A DNA stretch of 64,000 nt from Kangiellaceae bacterium (GCA_965230505.1 OZ246006.1:3453752-3517751); one strand, 5' to 3'; counted from the stretch's first letter, positions 1 through 7,697 are shown. The notes: a model not told the origin generated them from the sequence alone. Program-made: numbers and translations.

Positions 1-286
1 ATTTGGCTGGAGCCGAGACAAGGCGATTCAATATATGTTGGACAATACCGGGCTTGGACAAAAAGCGGTAGAAGCACAAATCGATCGTTATATTACTTGG
101 CCAGCTCAAGCATTGTCTTACAAAATTGGTGAGTTGAAAATTAGAGCGATTAGAAAAAAAGCTGAGACTATTTTGGGTAATCAATTTGATGTGCGCTCTT
201 TTCACGATACCGTAATTGGCAATGGGTCGGTTCCTATTGCGGTGTTGGAAGAGTTAGTTGATGAGTGGGTTGAGAATCAGCGATGA
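1..286 (+). CDS. C-terminal fragment of DUF885-family protein (gene starts upstream of window)
   Basis: ORF runs from window edge. C-terminal motifs (ITWPAQALSYKIGE...SFHDTVIGNGSVPIAVLEE) typical of DUF885. Confidence 0.5.
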   Translation, partial: FGWSRDKAIQYMLDNTGLGQKAVEAQIDRYITWPAQALSYKIGELKIRAIRKKAETILGNQFDVRSFHDTVIGNGSVPIAVLEELVDEWVENQR

Positions 287-292
287 TAAAAT

Positions 293-342
293 GGAGCTGG
301 GAGCTGGGAGCTGGGAGCTGGGAGCTGGGAGCTGGGAGCTGG
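293..342. repeat. Heptanucleotide tandem repeat (GGAGCTG)x7
   Basis: Seven perfect head-to-tail copies read directly, intergenic, ~50 bp upstream of the chaC start. Confidence 0.95.
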
Positions 343-391
343 AATAAAAAAGTTTCTAGTTGCTAGATAAGAGTGAAGAATTAAAAAAAGT

Positions 392-970
392 ATGTCTCAC
401 AATACTATTGACCAAAACAAAGAACGCCAAATCTTAAGTCATTATGATGAGATTTGGTTGTTTGGTTATGGGTCATTAATTTATAAAGTTGATTTTCCTA
501 TTCTTGATAGTCAACCCGCTTTAATTAAAGGCTGGAAGCGCCGATTCTGGCAGGGTAGCCATGATCATCGTGGAACTCCAGATAAGCCGGGAAGAGTGGC
601 GACCTTAATTGAAGCCGCCGGAGAGCATTGTTTTGGCATGGCTTACCAAGTCACAGAAGAAGAGTTTGAGCATCTCGATCATCGTGAGAAAAATGGTTAT
701 TTACGCTATGAGGTTGATATTTATTTTACTGATTCCAGTCCCTCTCAATCAAAAAAGGGGCTGGTCTACATTGCGCCCACTGACAATGAAGCGTTTCTTG
801 GGGCTGCGTCGGAGTTAGAAATCGCCCAACACATCAGTCAGTCTGCTGGCCCAAGTGGAGATAATTCGGAATATGTTTTTTTACTGGCAAAGGCGTTGAA
901 GGAAATGGAGGTTGAAGACCCTCATTTGTATTCTATTGAAAGTTATCTTAGAGAGTTGGAAAACTCGTAA
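392..970 (+). CDS. chaC: ChaC-family gamma-glutamylcyclotransferase
   Basis: 192 aa. N-terminal YGSL motif and the GxKRxF-like region (LFGYGSLIYK...GWKRRFWQGSHDHRG...PGRVATLIE) characteristic of the ChaC/GGCT fold. Confidence 0.75.
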   Translation: MSHNTIDQNKERQILSHYDEIWLFGYGSLIYKVDFPILDSQPALIKGWKRRFWQGSHDHRGTPDKPGRVATLIEAAGEHCFGMAYQVTEEEFEHLDHREKNGYLRYEVDIYFTDSSPSQSKKGLVYIAPTDNEAFLGAASELEIAQHISQSAGPSGDNSEYVFLLAKALKEMEVEDPHLYSIESYLRELENS

Positions 971-1288
971 GTCAGGTTATCTATAGGCCTGCGTAGAGCC
1001 TTTAGCGAATACCCACAACGCTACGCGGGGCACGCTGACCGGACAATGAACTATCATGCCAAAACGATTACTATTGATTCTGCTATCGCGTCGGGTTTCC
1101 TTCGTCTACCCGACCTACCTGAGTCAAGAACCTTCGCCAAAGAGAAGTAGACAAACTTGCAGATTTTTGAATGTTAAATTTAGTCCGCTTTAGGCCGAAA
1201 GCAAGCACGCTATTTATGGCTGTAAGTATAACAAATATGTCGGAACGATAGCTCTGTTCCGAGCTTCCAATAGGAACTTAATTAAACA

Positions 1289-3160
1289 TCAATTAATAAT
1301 CTTTTCTAGCTTAAAAAAAGCTGTGAATGAATCACAAATCTTATTAATATCTACATCCGGCGCTACAGCCACTCTCACAATATAATCTTTATCCGCTTCT
1401 TTGGTGGTTCCTTGAGTAGAAGTTGCAGGGATAGTCCAATAGGTCCCTTTTAGCTGTCCATAGCTCACACAGTATTTACAATCCTTCGGATGCTGAGTGA
1501 TCATATAATTGATTAGTTTTAAATTAAGATCTCTTTTATATTCCTCACGCTCCACTGAGGTATTTCCAACAGTCGGTAAATCTAAAGAAAATACAGAAGG
1601 GGTAAAGCCTTGTTCTGCTAACTCATTAGAAACAAAATTGATTTTAGATTCAGGTAACGTTTCTTGGATATGATTGACAAAAGTGAGGGTGTTTTCATAA
1701 GCCCTTGCAATCCTAGCTGGCATTGATGGCATGTTCTCAGCTAAAGTATTTAATTGATGATTGACCGCTCGGTTATCCGATAAATCTAGATGTTTTTCTA
1801 TTAGCTTCTGAATATTCTCCGCTTGTTGATTAGCGGCGCAATAACCCGCAATACAGCGTCCACCGCTTGGAAATTTTGAGCCACTTGAAAACGAGATCAC
1901 TTTAACGCCAGCCAAGGTACTTTCGTTATGTAATAACTTAACATTGGGACAAAATGTTTGGTCTACCATAAAAGTTGGAGCGATCGCAGCGGTATTGTTT
2001 GGGGTCAATCGATGCTTGGCTAAAGCCTTTCCTAAGTCTTGCATATCAGGGACTTCAACTCGCGGATTAGTGGGAATTTCTGCTAAAACCAATGGCACGC
2101 CATCGAGTTCTGCGACTTGCTCTAGTGCGACTTCAAGACTAGCAACCAGCTCTTGACCACCGTCGACCAGTAAATCAATGATATCGGCTGAGGGAATAAG
2201 TTCTGCTACTCGGCGCGCTTGATCGTTAGTGCCGCCATAGCAATTTGGTGGCAGTATGATTTTTAATGGCTTGCCGGGATGATTGACTAAGGCATTTTCA
2301 ACTAAACCCATCATAATGGCGTATTGAATCGAGAGCCCGCTGGAGGCTATTAACGGCGCGAGATCTGTTCCGGTATTTTCTCTTATACTAGTCTCAATTT
2401 TTTGCATTGCGCCAGCTGTCAAACTTTCAGCTTCAATATGTTCCTGCTTGGTTATTTCTCGTAGAAGATTTAGCGCGTTTGGTGGCGTCATCGCTATCGA
2501 CTCTCGGCGCCTGACATGTTGAACGCCTTTGACTAGGTCTTCAACCACTGATTGATCGGCTGAGTTGTGGATTACAATGGCACTGCCGAATTCTGCATGT
2601 AAGTTAATACTCGCATCGACTGAGTCATTAATGGTGATGGCCGAATCGAATGGTAAATCAGTGACTAACAAGTTGATATTATTTGGTTTGCTTGCAATCT
2701 CAGCGATTTCATTAATAGCCACTAGATCAAAATCATAACCATAGATACTCTCTAAGCGTTGGACATCAACTAGCGGGGAGTTTTTGCTCAGATGATAAAT
2801 AGTCGTTTGCTTGCCAGTGAGCTTATTCATTCTCAAAATAGCTAGGATCGGCATTGTTTTTGAGGAAAAGGTAATCACTTGTTCAGCACTAACTTGATTG
2901 ATCTCCGCTAACAGCCACTCCAAGACGCTAGAAAGCTGATGGCCTAAGCGAATATAGTCATAGGCTGTTGGAAGCTCTGACAATTCGTTTGCAGAGGTAA
3001 TTGATTCTAGCGAGAGCTCTTGTAATTGTTCTAGAAACTGAGATTTAGCTTTTGATTCGTCATAAATGTCTAGTCTGTGAGTAGTAAGCTCTAGCCAATC
3101 TGATGGCAGGTGATCGAGCAAATTGTTTATCGCTTTAAAGCTTTGCTGAGATGACGTCAT
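1289..3160 (-). CDS. Hypothetical 623-aa protein, possible PLP-fold enzyme
   Basis: Long uninterrupted ORF. The SFSSGSKFPSGGRCIAG segment weakly resembles the lysine-PLP site of Cys/Met-metabolism enzymes. No firm family call. Confidence 0.4.
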   Translation of the reverse strand: MTSSQQSFKAINNLLDHLPSDWLELTTHRLDIYDESKAKSQFLEQLQELSLESITSANELSELPTAYDYIRLGHQLSSVLEWLLAEINQVSAEQVITFSSKTMPILAILRMNKLTGKQTTIYHLSKNSPLVDVQRLESIYGYDFDLVAINEIAEIASKPNNINLLVTDLPFDSAITINDSVDASINLHAEFGSAIVIHNSADQSVVEDLVKGVQHVRRRESIAMTPPNALNLLREITKQEHIEAESLTAGAMQKIETSIRENTGTDLAPLIASSGLSIQYAIMMGLVENALVNHPGKPLKIILPPNCYGGTNDQARRVAELIPSADIIDLLVDGGQELVASLEVALEQVAELDGVPLVLAEIPTNPRVEVPDMQDLGKALAKHRLTPNNTAAIAPTFMVDQTFCPNVKLLHNESTLAGVKVISFSSGSKFPSGGRCIAGYCAANQQAENIQKLIEKHLDLSDNRAVNHQLNTLAENMPSMPARIARAYENTLTFVNHIQETLPESKINFVSNELAEQGFTPSVFSLDLPTVGNTSVEREEYKRDLNLKLINYMITQHPKDCKYCVSYGQLKGTYWTIPATSTQGTTKEADKDYIVRVAVAPDVDINKICDSFTAFFKLEKIIN

Positions 3161-3614
3161 CTCTATACCTCAAAATATGAATGTTTCTAATGGTTTATAC
3201 GAAAAGATCATGGACTTGTTTTAATGGCAAATCAAGCACAGATGACTCTATATGGGGACATTTAGTGACAAACTCAAACCAAAGTATGCCGCAATTTTAA
3301 TATCGACTACACATACTTGCTTCTAAAGGTTATTTAGCGAAGCTTGCATAATTGAGCCCGCGAAATTAGAATGTGCTTGAAATTAACTAATGGTATCAAA
3401 AAAATTGTTCAATAACTCGACTAACCAACAGCGTATTTATCTGCAAACAGAGAATCTCTCTGAAGGGATAGTCGTGTCGATCCGTTCTTGGAAGAGTGAA
3501 GGGAACAGTTTAAGTACAGGTAGTCATTTATTGTAGAAACACTTCTAACTTTGGAAGTGTTAGCTTCTAAAGTTTAAAATTATAAGATTGGATTAAACAA
3601 TCAAATTTATTTGA

Positions 3615-3649
3615 AACGCCGGAAGCTGAAGAGCCCCGGCGTTTTTTTA
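3615..3649 (+). terminator. Rho-independent terminator-like hairpin
   Basis: AACGCCGG / CCGGCGTT stem followed by a 7-T run. Confidence 0.7.
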
Positions 3650-4125
3650 TGTCCAAGGATGGACGGTATTAAGAAAATGCAGGAGCAATTTTCTGTTATG
3701 TCCAAGGATGGACGGTATTAAGAAAATGCAGGAGCAATTTTCTGTTATGTCCAAGGATGGACGGTATTAAGAAAATGCAGGAGCAATTTTCTGTTATGTC
3801 CAAGGATGGACGGGCAGTTTCCAAGGATGGACGGGCAGTTTTTTGTTCCAGACAAAAACTGCACTTCCTACATCCATGTAGGTCGTATTCGGAAAATGCA
3901 GGAGCAATTTTCTGTTATGTCCAAGGATGGACGGGCAGTTTTTTGTTCCAGACAAAAACTGCACTTCCTACATCCATGTAGGTCGTATTCGGAAAATGCA
4001 GGAGCAATTTTCTGTTATGTCCAAGGATGGGTGGGCAGTTTATTGTTCCAGACAAAAACTGCACTTCCTACATCCGTGTAGGTCGTATTCGGAAAATGCA
4101 GGAGCAATCTTTTGCTTTGTCCATT
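3650..4125. repeat. Tandem repeat array: 3 x 49-bp units then 3 x ~121-bp units
   Basis: The unit GTCCAAGGATGGACGG..AAAATGCAGGAGCAATTTTCTGTTAT repeats with period 49. The long units are the same unit carrying an embedded ~65-nt double-hairpin (REP-like) element. The predicted ORFs here are repeat artefacts. Confidence 0.9.
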
Positions 4126-4177
4126 GACTAACAAATTTACAAAAATAAAATCAAATATAGTAATTAAAGGAAAAAAT

Positions 4178-4290
4178 ATTGACGACTAAACATCAAATAT
4201 TAGCGTAGTAGGTTTGGAATTGAATGGGTCTGTTTCAAATAATATTAAGGGAATTCACTGAATACTAGGTGAAGGAATAGACTCAATTTG
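4178..4290. repeat. ~110-bp dispersed direct repeat, copy 1
   Basis: ATTGACGACTAAACA.CAAATATT.GCGTAGTAGGTTTGGAATTGAATGGGTCTGTTTCAAAT.ATATT.AGGGAATTCACTGAAT occurs again at 5392-5505 at roughly 90% identity. Confidence 0.85.
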
Positions 4291-4627
4291 AAATTCTGTA
4301 ACCTATTGAAAAAATAATGAAAATAATTGATATTTGCTGTTGACAGAGTGGCGTTTAAAAGTATTTAATACTCGGCAAATCGGAAACACGAATTAATATA
4401 CAAAAACTTGAGAAGAGAAATTGAAGCGATGAAATATCAAATAGAGACACAATTTAAAGACGCAAGAGAACAACAGTTCTCTCGCCAGTCTTTGCTCTGT
4501 TTATTGAGTAGTCCGCTAGACGGATCAAAGAATGGCAAACAACATTCTATATTAAATTAACTCGCTTCCTTATTTGGAAGCGCAGGCTTCCGGATAAGAA
4601 GAATTCAACTCACACCTGCATTCTCTA

Positions 4628-4660
4628 AAGCCGCAAGCCTAAAAACTTGCGGCTTTTTTA
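4628..4660 (+). terminator. Rho-independent terminator
   Basis: AAGCCGCAAG-loop-CTTGCGGCTT followed by TTTTTT. It is followed by a fragment (TGTCCATGGATGGACGGTATT) of the 49-bp repeat unit. Confidence 0.75.
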
Positions 4661-4755
4661 TGTCCATGGATGGACGGTATTCCGCAAGGAGCCATGGATG
4701 GCGGTGGGGTATTTTCGAACAATCAAATCTGCAAGAAGAATAATAGTCGTTATTG

Positions 4756-4832
4756 GGGTAACCATAGCTTAATGGTAAAGCTTCGGATTGTGGGTCCGAA
4801 TGATACGGGTTCGAATCCGGTTGGTTACCCCA
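4756..4832 (+). tRNA. tRNA-His (GTG)
   Basis: Manual cloverleaf. 8-bp acceptor stem with an extra 5' G pairing to C73 (His hallmark). D arm AGCT/AGCT. Anticodon stem TCGGA/TCCGA with loop TTGTGGG. T-loop TTCGAAT (one G-G mismatch in the T-stem). Confidence 0.7.
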
Positions 4833-4859
4833 ATGATGATTAATGAGAAAAAGATTAAC

Positions 4860-5032
4860 GCCCAGGTGGTGCTCAACTCTTTATAGAGAACCGAGCATAC
4901 GCGGCGGATTTAGAATCCGTTTATTGAGAGTTCGACGAGCTATGTAGGAACATCGCCGAACATCGGAAGAATGACGATGGCACGAAAGTGTGAAGACCAA
5001 GGATGGTCTGAATAATCTCTCCTTGGGCACCA
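4860..5032 (+). ncRNA. tRNA-like RNA with a conserved ~80-nt insertion in the T-loop (copy 1)
   Basis: Acceptor GCCCAGG/CTTGGGC with discriminator A and CCA. T-stem GAGAG/CTCTC. The T-loop starts TTCGA, then holds an 80-nt conserved element before closing. The D and anticodon region is non-canonical. Confidence 0.6.
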
Positions 5033-5052
5033 AATTTAGAAAGTTGAAGCTT

Positions 5053-5116
5053 TGAGTAGGTCAAAGTCCTGGTCTTGAAAATCAGTGGAACCTTAGTTGG
5101 TTTGGGCTCTACTCAT
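5053..5116 (+). ncRNA. Truncated tRNA-Ser(TGA)-like element
   Basis: 7-bp acceptor TGAGTAG/CTACTCA. Anticodon arm CTGGT-CTTGAAA-ATCAG. No T-arm. 64 nt. Confidence 0.35.
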
Positions 5117-5151
5117 TTTTATCTGGGGGCCTCCGGCTTCCACAGTTTAAC

Positions 5152-5240
5152 TGGAGAGTAATCCGTGATGGTGATCGGCGTCGTTTGCTAAACGAATGGA
5201 AGGCAATGTCTTTAAGGTTCAATTCCTTTTCTCTCCGCCA
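5152..5240 (+). ncRNA. Degenerate tRNA-like element (acceptor, T-arm and CCA present; anticodon arm non-canonical)
   Basis: GGAGAG/CTCTCC acceptor, TTCAATT T-loop, G discriminator and CCA. The central hairpin TCGTT-TGCTA-AACGA has a 5-nt loop. Confidence 0.4.
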
Positions 5241-5391
5241 ATTTAATGCGCCGGTGATGGCGATAAATATTACGAGCGAGGCATACATGCAATTTTAAAA
5301 GCAGGTTTTGACTTGCTCTTAGAAACTGTATCGAATCTCCCTCGGCGTAACAAATTTAGTATAGGTAATTGTAAAACTAAAAAGGAAAATA

Positions 5392-5505
5392 ATTGACGAC
5401 TAAACAACAAATATTTGCGTAGTAGGTTTGGAATTGAATGGGTCTGTTTCAAATTATATTGAGGGAATTCACTGAATTTTGGGTGAAGGACCAGTCTCAA
5501 CTCTG
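5392..5505. repeat. ~110-bp dispersed direct repeat, copy 2
   Basis: Matches 4178-4290. Confidence 0.85.
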
Positions 5506-5552
5506 ATGTTTGTAAGTTGTTGAAATAAAAGAATAAAAATAAAAATAAACTG

Positions 5553-5581
5553 TTGACGTACTGAAATTCCGATGGTTAAAT
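5553..5581 (+). promoter_or_regulatory. Sigma-70-like promoter (TTGACG-N17-TTAAAT)
   Basis: Good -35 hexamer, 17-nt spacer, AT-rich -10. No protein gene immediately downstream. Confidence 0.45.
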
Positions 5582-5693
5582 ACACAGCAAGAAATGAGTG
5601 ACATCCTTTGATATTAAAGATAAAAATTATTCTCGAGTCACAATATAGATTGTTTTTATTCAATCTTAGATAGATAGCTAAATAGAGTTAAAC

Positions 5694-5804
5694 ATGAAAA
5701 TGACAAACAACGATATACACGTGAAACAGCAAGGGCCTATATGGTCAGGTGTGTATTGTTACGCCAAATTTATGCGCAGAATTGAAGATACAAATATAGA
5801 TTAA
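5694..5804 (+). CDS. Possible 36-aa small ORF within a ~310-nt promoter-terminator unit
   Basis: ATG...TAA reads MKMTNNDIHVKQQGPIWSGVYCYAKFMRRIEDTNID. Weak RBS. Lies between the promoter at 5553 and the terminator at 5856. Confidence 0.2.
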   Translation: MKMTNNDIHVKQQGPIWSGVYCYAKFMRRIEDTNID

Positions 5805-5855
5805 GCTTCGAAGATAAATTTCGAGGCTAGTAATGAGTCTCGAAGGGAAATTAGA

Positions 5856-5891
5856 AACCTGGTTGAGACGATTCTTAACTAGGTTTTTTTA
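5856..5891 (+). terminator. Rho-independent terminator
   Basis: AACCTGGTT...AACTAGGTT stem followed by TTTTTTT. Confidence 0.6.
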
Positions 5892-6003
5892 TTTGGGATT
5901 TATAAAAATGTTTTTGAAAAAATTATTTGGAAAAGATGTTTTTGACATACAAGCGGCTTAACAGTCGCAATCAATTTAAAAATTGTCGCGGCTATAAATA
6001 ATA

Positions 6004-6094
6004 GCAGCGTAGTTTAAGGGTAAAACAGCGGGTTTATACTCCGTAGCAACAGATAATTGGCTGATCCGAGTTCGAGTCTCGGCGCTGCTACCAA
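6004..6094 (+). tRNA. Type-II-like (long variable arm) tRNA with anticodon TAT
   Basis: Perfect 7-bp acceptor AGCAGCG/CGCTGCT, A discriminator, CCA. D-stem GTTT/AAAC. Anticodon stem GCGGG/TCCGT with loop TTTATAC. 21-nt variable region. T-arm CCGAG-TTCGAGT-CTCGG. Confidence 0.5.
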
Positions 6095-6350
6095 ATTAAA
6101 AATTAGTATTATTAGATCAGATAAACATGAAAACGATTGTTAAACAAAAACAGATTATCAAACCGACGAATTGTTGGTGCGGTGATGTGCGTCCCGAACA
6201 AGGGAGTTGTCTCTTAATAGGTACTGGTAATCGCATGTATAAGATTTTTAATAGTTATGACAAACAAGGTGCCAGAGGTGCACCTATGTAACTCTGCAAG
6301 TTTTTGCTTGCGAGTTACGAAAAGTTTCTCTCGAGTATAGTGAAGTCGAG

Positions 6351-6380
6351 CCCGAGAGATAAAATCCTCGGGTTTTTTTA
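6351..6380 (+). terminator. Rho-independent terminator
   Basis: CCCGAG...CTCGGG stem followed by TTTTTTT. Confidence 0.7.
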
Positions 6381-6570
6381 TGCCTCTATCGTGGGCAACG
6401 TTCTTTAACAAATTAGGTTTCGCAAAAGAGTAAGAGCAGTCTGTTTGATGCTCGCAAGATTTTTTAAAAAGGATGGCGGGAGATGTGGATCTCGATCGGA
6501 TTGTAACCCCGACGCGCAAGCATGGCTGCTGGGGGGGGCGCACGTCTTCGACTCCAGGGTCATCCACCAG

Positions 6571-6646
6571 AGCAGGTGTAGTGTTAACGGCAGCACGTTT
6601 GGCTTCCACCCAAAAAGTTCGAGTTCGAATCTCGAGATCTGCTCCA
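6571..6646 (+). tRNA. tRNA-Gly(TCC)-like, non-canonical D region
   Basis: Acceptor AGCAGGT/ATCTGCT (one G-U). Anticodon arm TTTGG-CTTCCAC-CCAAA is perfect. T-arm TCGAG-TTCGAAT-CTCGA. Spacing around the D-arm is irregular. Confidence 0.45.
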
Positions 6647-6654
6647 AATTTTAT

Positions 6655-6730
6655 AGCGGGTCGGTGTAGTGGTTAACATAGAGGATTCATATTCCTCTGA
6701 ACGACAGTTCGAATCTGTCACCCGAAACCA
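6655..6730 (+). pseudogene. tRNA-Met(CAT)-like, probable pseudo-tRNA
   Basis: Anticodon arm GAGGA-TTCATAT-TCCTC. T-arm GACAG-TTCGAAT-CTGTC. CCA encoded. Only 5 of 7 acceptor pairs form, and positions 8-9 are CG rather than the usual U8. Confidence 0.45.
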
Positions 6731-6738
6731 TTATTTGT

Positions 6739-6814
6739 AGCAATGTAGCTCAGTTGGTAGAGCACACCCTTCATACGGGTGAGAGCACTGGTTCGAATCC
6801 AGTCATTGCTACCA
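6739..6814 (+). tRNA. tRNA-Met (CAT) (elongator or Ile-lysidine type, not distinguished)
   Basis: Canonical cloverleaf. AGCAATG/CATTGCT acceptor. GCTC/GAGC D-stem. CACCC-TTCATAC-GGGTG anticodon arm. ACTGG-TTCGAAT-CCAGT T-arm. A discriminator and CCA. Confidence 0.85.
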
Positions 6815-6821
6815 AATTTAT

Positions 6822-6978
6822 CTGGGATTAGCTCAGTCTGGTCAGAGTCCTCCGTTTGGAACGGAGATGTCGAAGGTTCAACGAGCATCGTAGGAACGAT
6901 GCCGAATATCGGAAGAATGACGATGGCACGTATGTGTGAAGACCATGGACGGTCTGAATAATCCTTCATCCCAGACCA
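6822..6978 (+). ncRNA. tRNA-Pro(TGG)-like gene with a conserved ~85-nt insertion in the T-loop (copy 2)
   Basis: Acceptor CTGGGAT/ATCCCAG with discriminator A and CCA. D-arm GCTC..GAGT. Anticodon arm CTCCG-TTTGGAA-CGGAG. T-stem GAAGG/CCTTC encloses TTCAA, then the insert, then AATAAT. The insert is about 85% identical to the one at 4860-5032. Confidence 0.65.
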
Positions 6979-7001
6979 ATTAATTTGTGAATAATAAACA
7001 A

Positions 7002-7122
7002 GGGGAAGTAGCTCAATTGGGAGAGGCAAGTTTTTGCTCCTGCAAAACTTGCACTTCCTACGTCCATGTAGGTCGCCACGCTTGCAAGTTTTCGGTTGTG
7101 AGTTCGAGTCTCATCTTCTCCA
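7002..7122 (+). ncRNA. tRNA-like gene carrying a REP-like double-hairpin insertion in the anticodon region
   Basis: Acceptor GGGGAAG/CTTCTCC. T-arm GTGAG-TTCGAGT-CTCAT. The interior holds GCAAGTTTTTGC-TCCT-GCAAAACTTGC plus ACTTCCTACGTCCATGTAGGTCG. The same element sits in the 3650-4125 array. It is flanked by the direct repeat GCAAGTTTT. Confidence 0.55.
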
Positions 7123-7131
7123 CTACATTAA

Positions 7132-7207
7132 GGGTGTATAGCTCAAATGGTAGAGCGACTGCCTGTTAAGTAGTTGGTTGAAGGTTCAAATCCTTCTGCG
7201 CCCGCCA
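7132..7207 (+). tRNA. tRNA-Asn (GTT)
   Basis: GGGTGTA/TGCGCCC acceptor (two G-U pairs). GCTC/GAGC D-stem. ACTGC-CTGTTAA-GTAGT anticodon arm. GAAGG-TTCAAAT-CCTTC T-arm. G discriminator and CCA. Confidence 0.8.
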
Positions 7208-7293
7208 ATTTAATGAATCGCGATGGTGAAATACAACTGAGGTTTCACCCTACAGACCCGTCACGGTGAAAGCCCGACTCAGTTATCTTTAAA

Positions 7294-7369
7294 CCCCGGA
7301 TAGCTCATTTGGTAGAGCACATGCCTGATAAGCGTGAGGTGGCTGGATCGTAACCAGCTCTGGGGACCA
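7294..7369 (+). tRNA. tRNA-Ile (GAT)
   Basis: CCCCGGA/TCTGGGG acceptor. GCTC/GAGC D-stem. CATGC-CTGATAA-GCGTG anticodon arm. T-arm GCTGG/CCAGC with an atypical loop ATCGTAA. A discriminator and CCA. Confidence 0.7.
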
Positions 7370-7377
7370 AATTTATT

Positions 7378-7453
7378 AGCACTTTAGCTCAATTGGTAGA
7401 GCGCCTGTTTTACACACAGGAGGTCGACTGTTCGATTCAGTCAAGTGCTACCA
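7378..7453 (+). tRNA. tRNA-Val (TAC)
   Basis: AGCACTT/AAGTGCT acceptor. GCTC/GAGC D-stem. CCTGT-TTTACAC-ACAGG anticodon arm. GACTG-TTCGATT-CAGTC T-arm. A discriminator and CCA. Confidence 0.85.
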
Positions 7454-7459
7454 GTTTAT

Positions 7460-7536
7460 GGGTTGCTAGCTCAATTGGTAGCAGCATCCGGCTTTTAACC
7501 GGAAGGTTCCGAGTTCGAATCTCGGGCGGCCCACCA
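7460..7536 (+). tRNA. tRNA-Lys (TTT)
   Basis: GGGTTGC/GCGGCCC acceptor (two G-U pairs). Anticodon arm TCCGG-CTTTTAA-CCGGA. T-arm CCGAG-TTCGAAT-CTCGG. A discriminator and CCA. The D-stem has one C-C mismatch. Confidence 0.75.
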
Positions 7537-7605
7537 AACATTCCAACATCACGAACCGAGGTGTGATGATACTTTTTGACGGTGGAAGTCCGTACTCGGT
7601 ATAGG

Positions 7606-7692
7606 ACACGAGTATACAAGTGGTCAAAGTAACCAGACTTTCAATCTGGTCTTATGAATAGTTCGCGGGTTCGAATCCCGTCTCGTGTGCCA
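7606..7692 (+). tRNA. Type-II-like tRNA (15-nt variable arm) with anticodon TTC
   Basis: Perfect acceptor ACACGAG/CTCGTGT, G discriminator, CCA. 3-bp D-stem. Anticodon arm CCAGA-CTTTCAA-TCTGG. T-arm GCGGG-TTCGAAT-CCCGT. Anticodon and architecture do not match any standard isoacceptor. Confidence 0.5.
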
Positions 7693-7697
7693 TATTT

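Noticed and set aside
609-818. 69-aa ORF inside chaC in another frame
   Set aside because: Fully nested inside a well-supported gene.
3650-4125. Possible CRISPR array
   Set aside because: The repeats are directly contiguous with no unique spacers. No cas genes are present.
3757-4127. Three overlapping ORFs (74, 91 and 66 aa) with near-identical protein sequences
   Set aside because: They lie entirely inside the 49/121-bp tandem DNA repeat array. The repeated peptides come from the DNA periodicity. There is no RBS and the reading frame is not kept between the short units.
4860-5032. Hammerhead-like core (TGACGA ... GAAA) inside the T-loop insert
   Set aside because: The CUGAUGA box is imperfect (A in place of the conserved C). 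No convincing stem II can be drawn. A ribozyme scan would still be worth running.
6214-7169. Several 60-130-aa ORFs on both strands across the tRNA array
   Set aside because: They overlap tRNA and tRNA-like genes and structured repeats and lack RBS. They are artefacts of six-frame translation.
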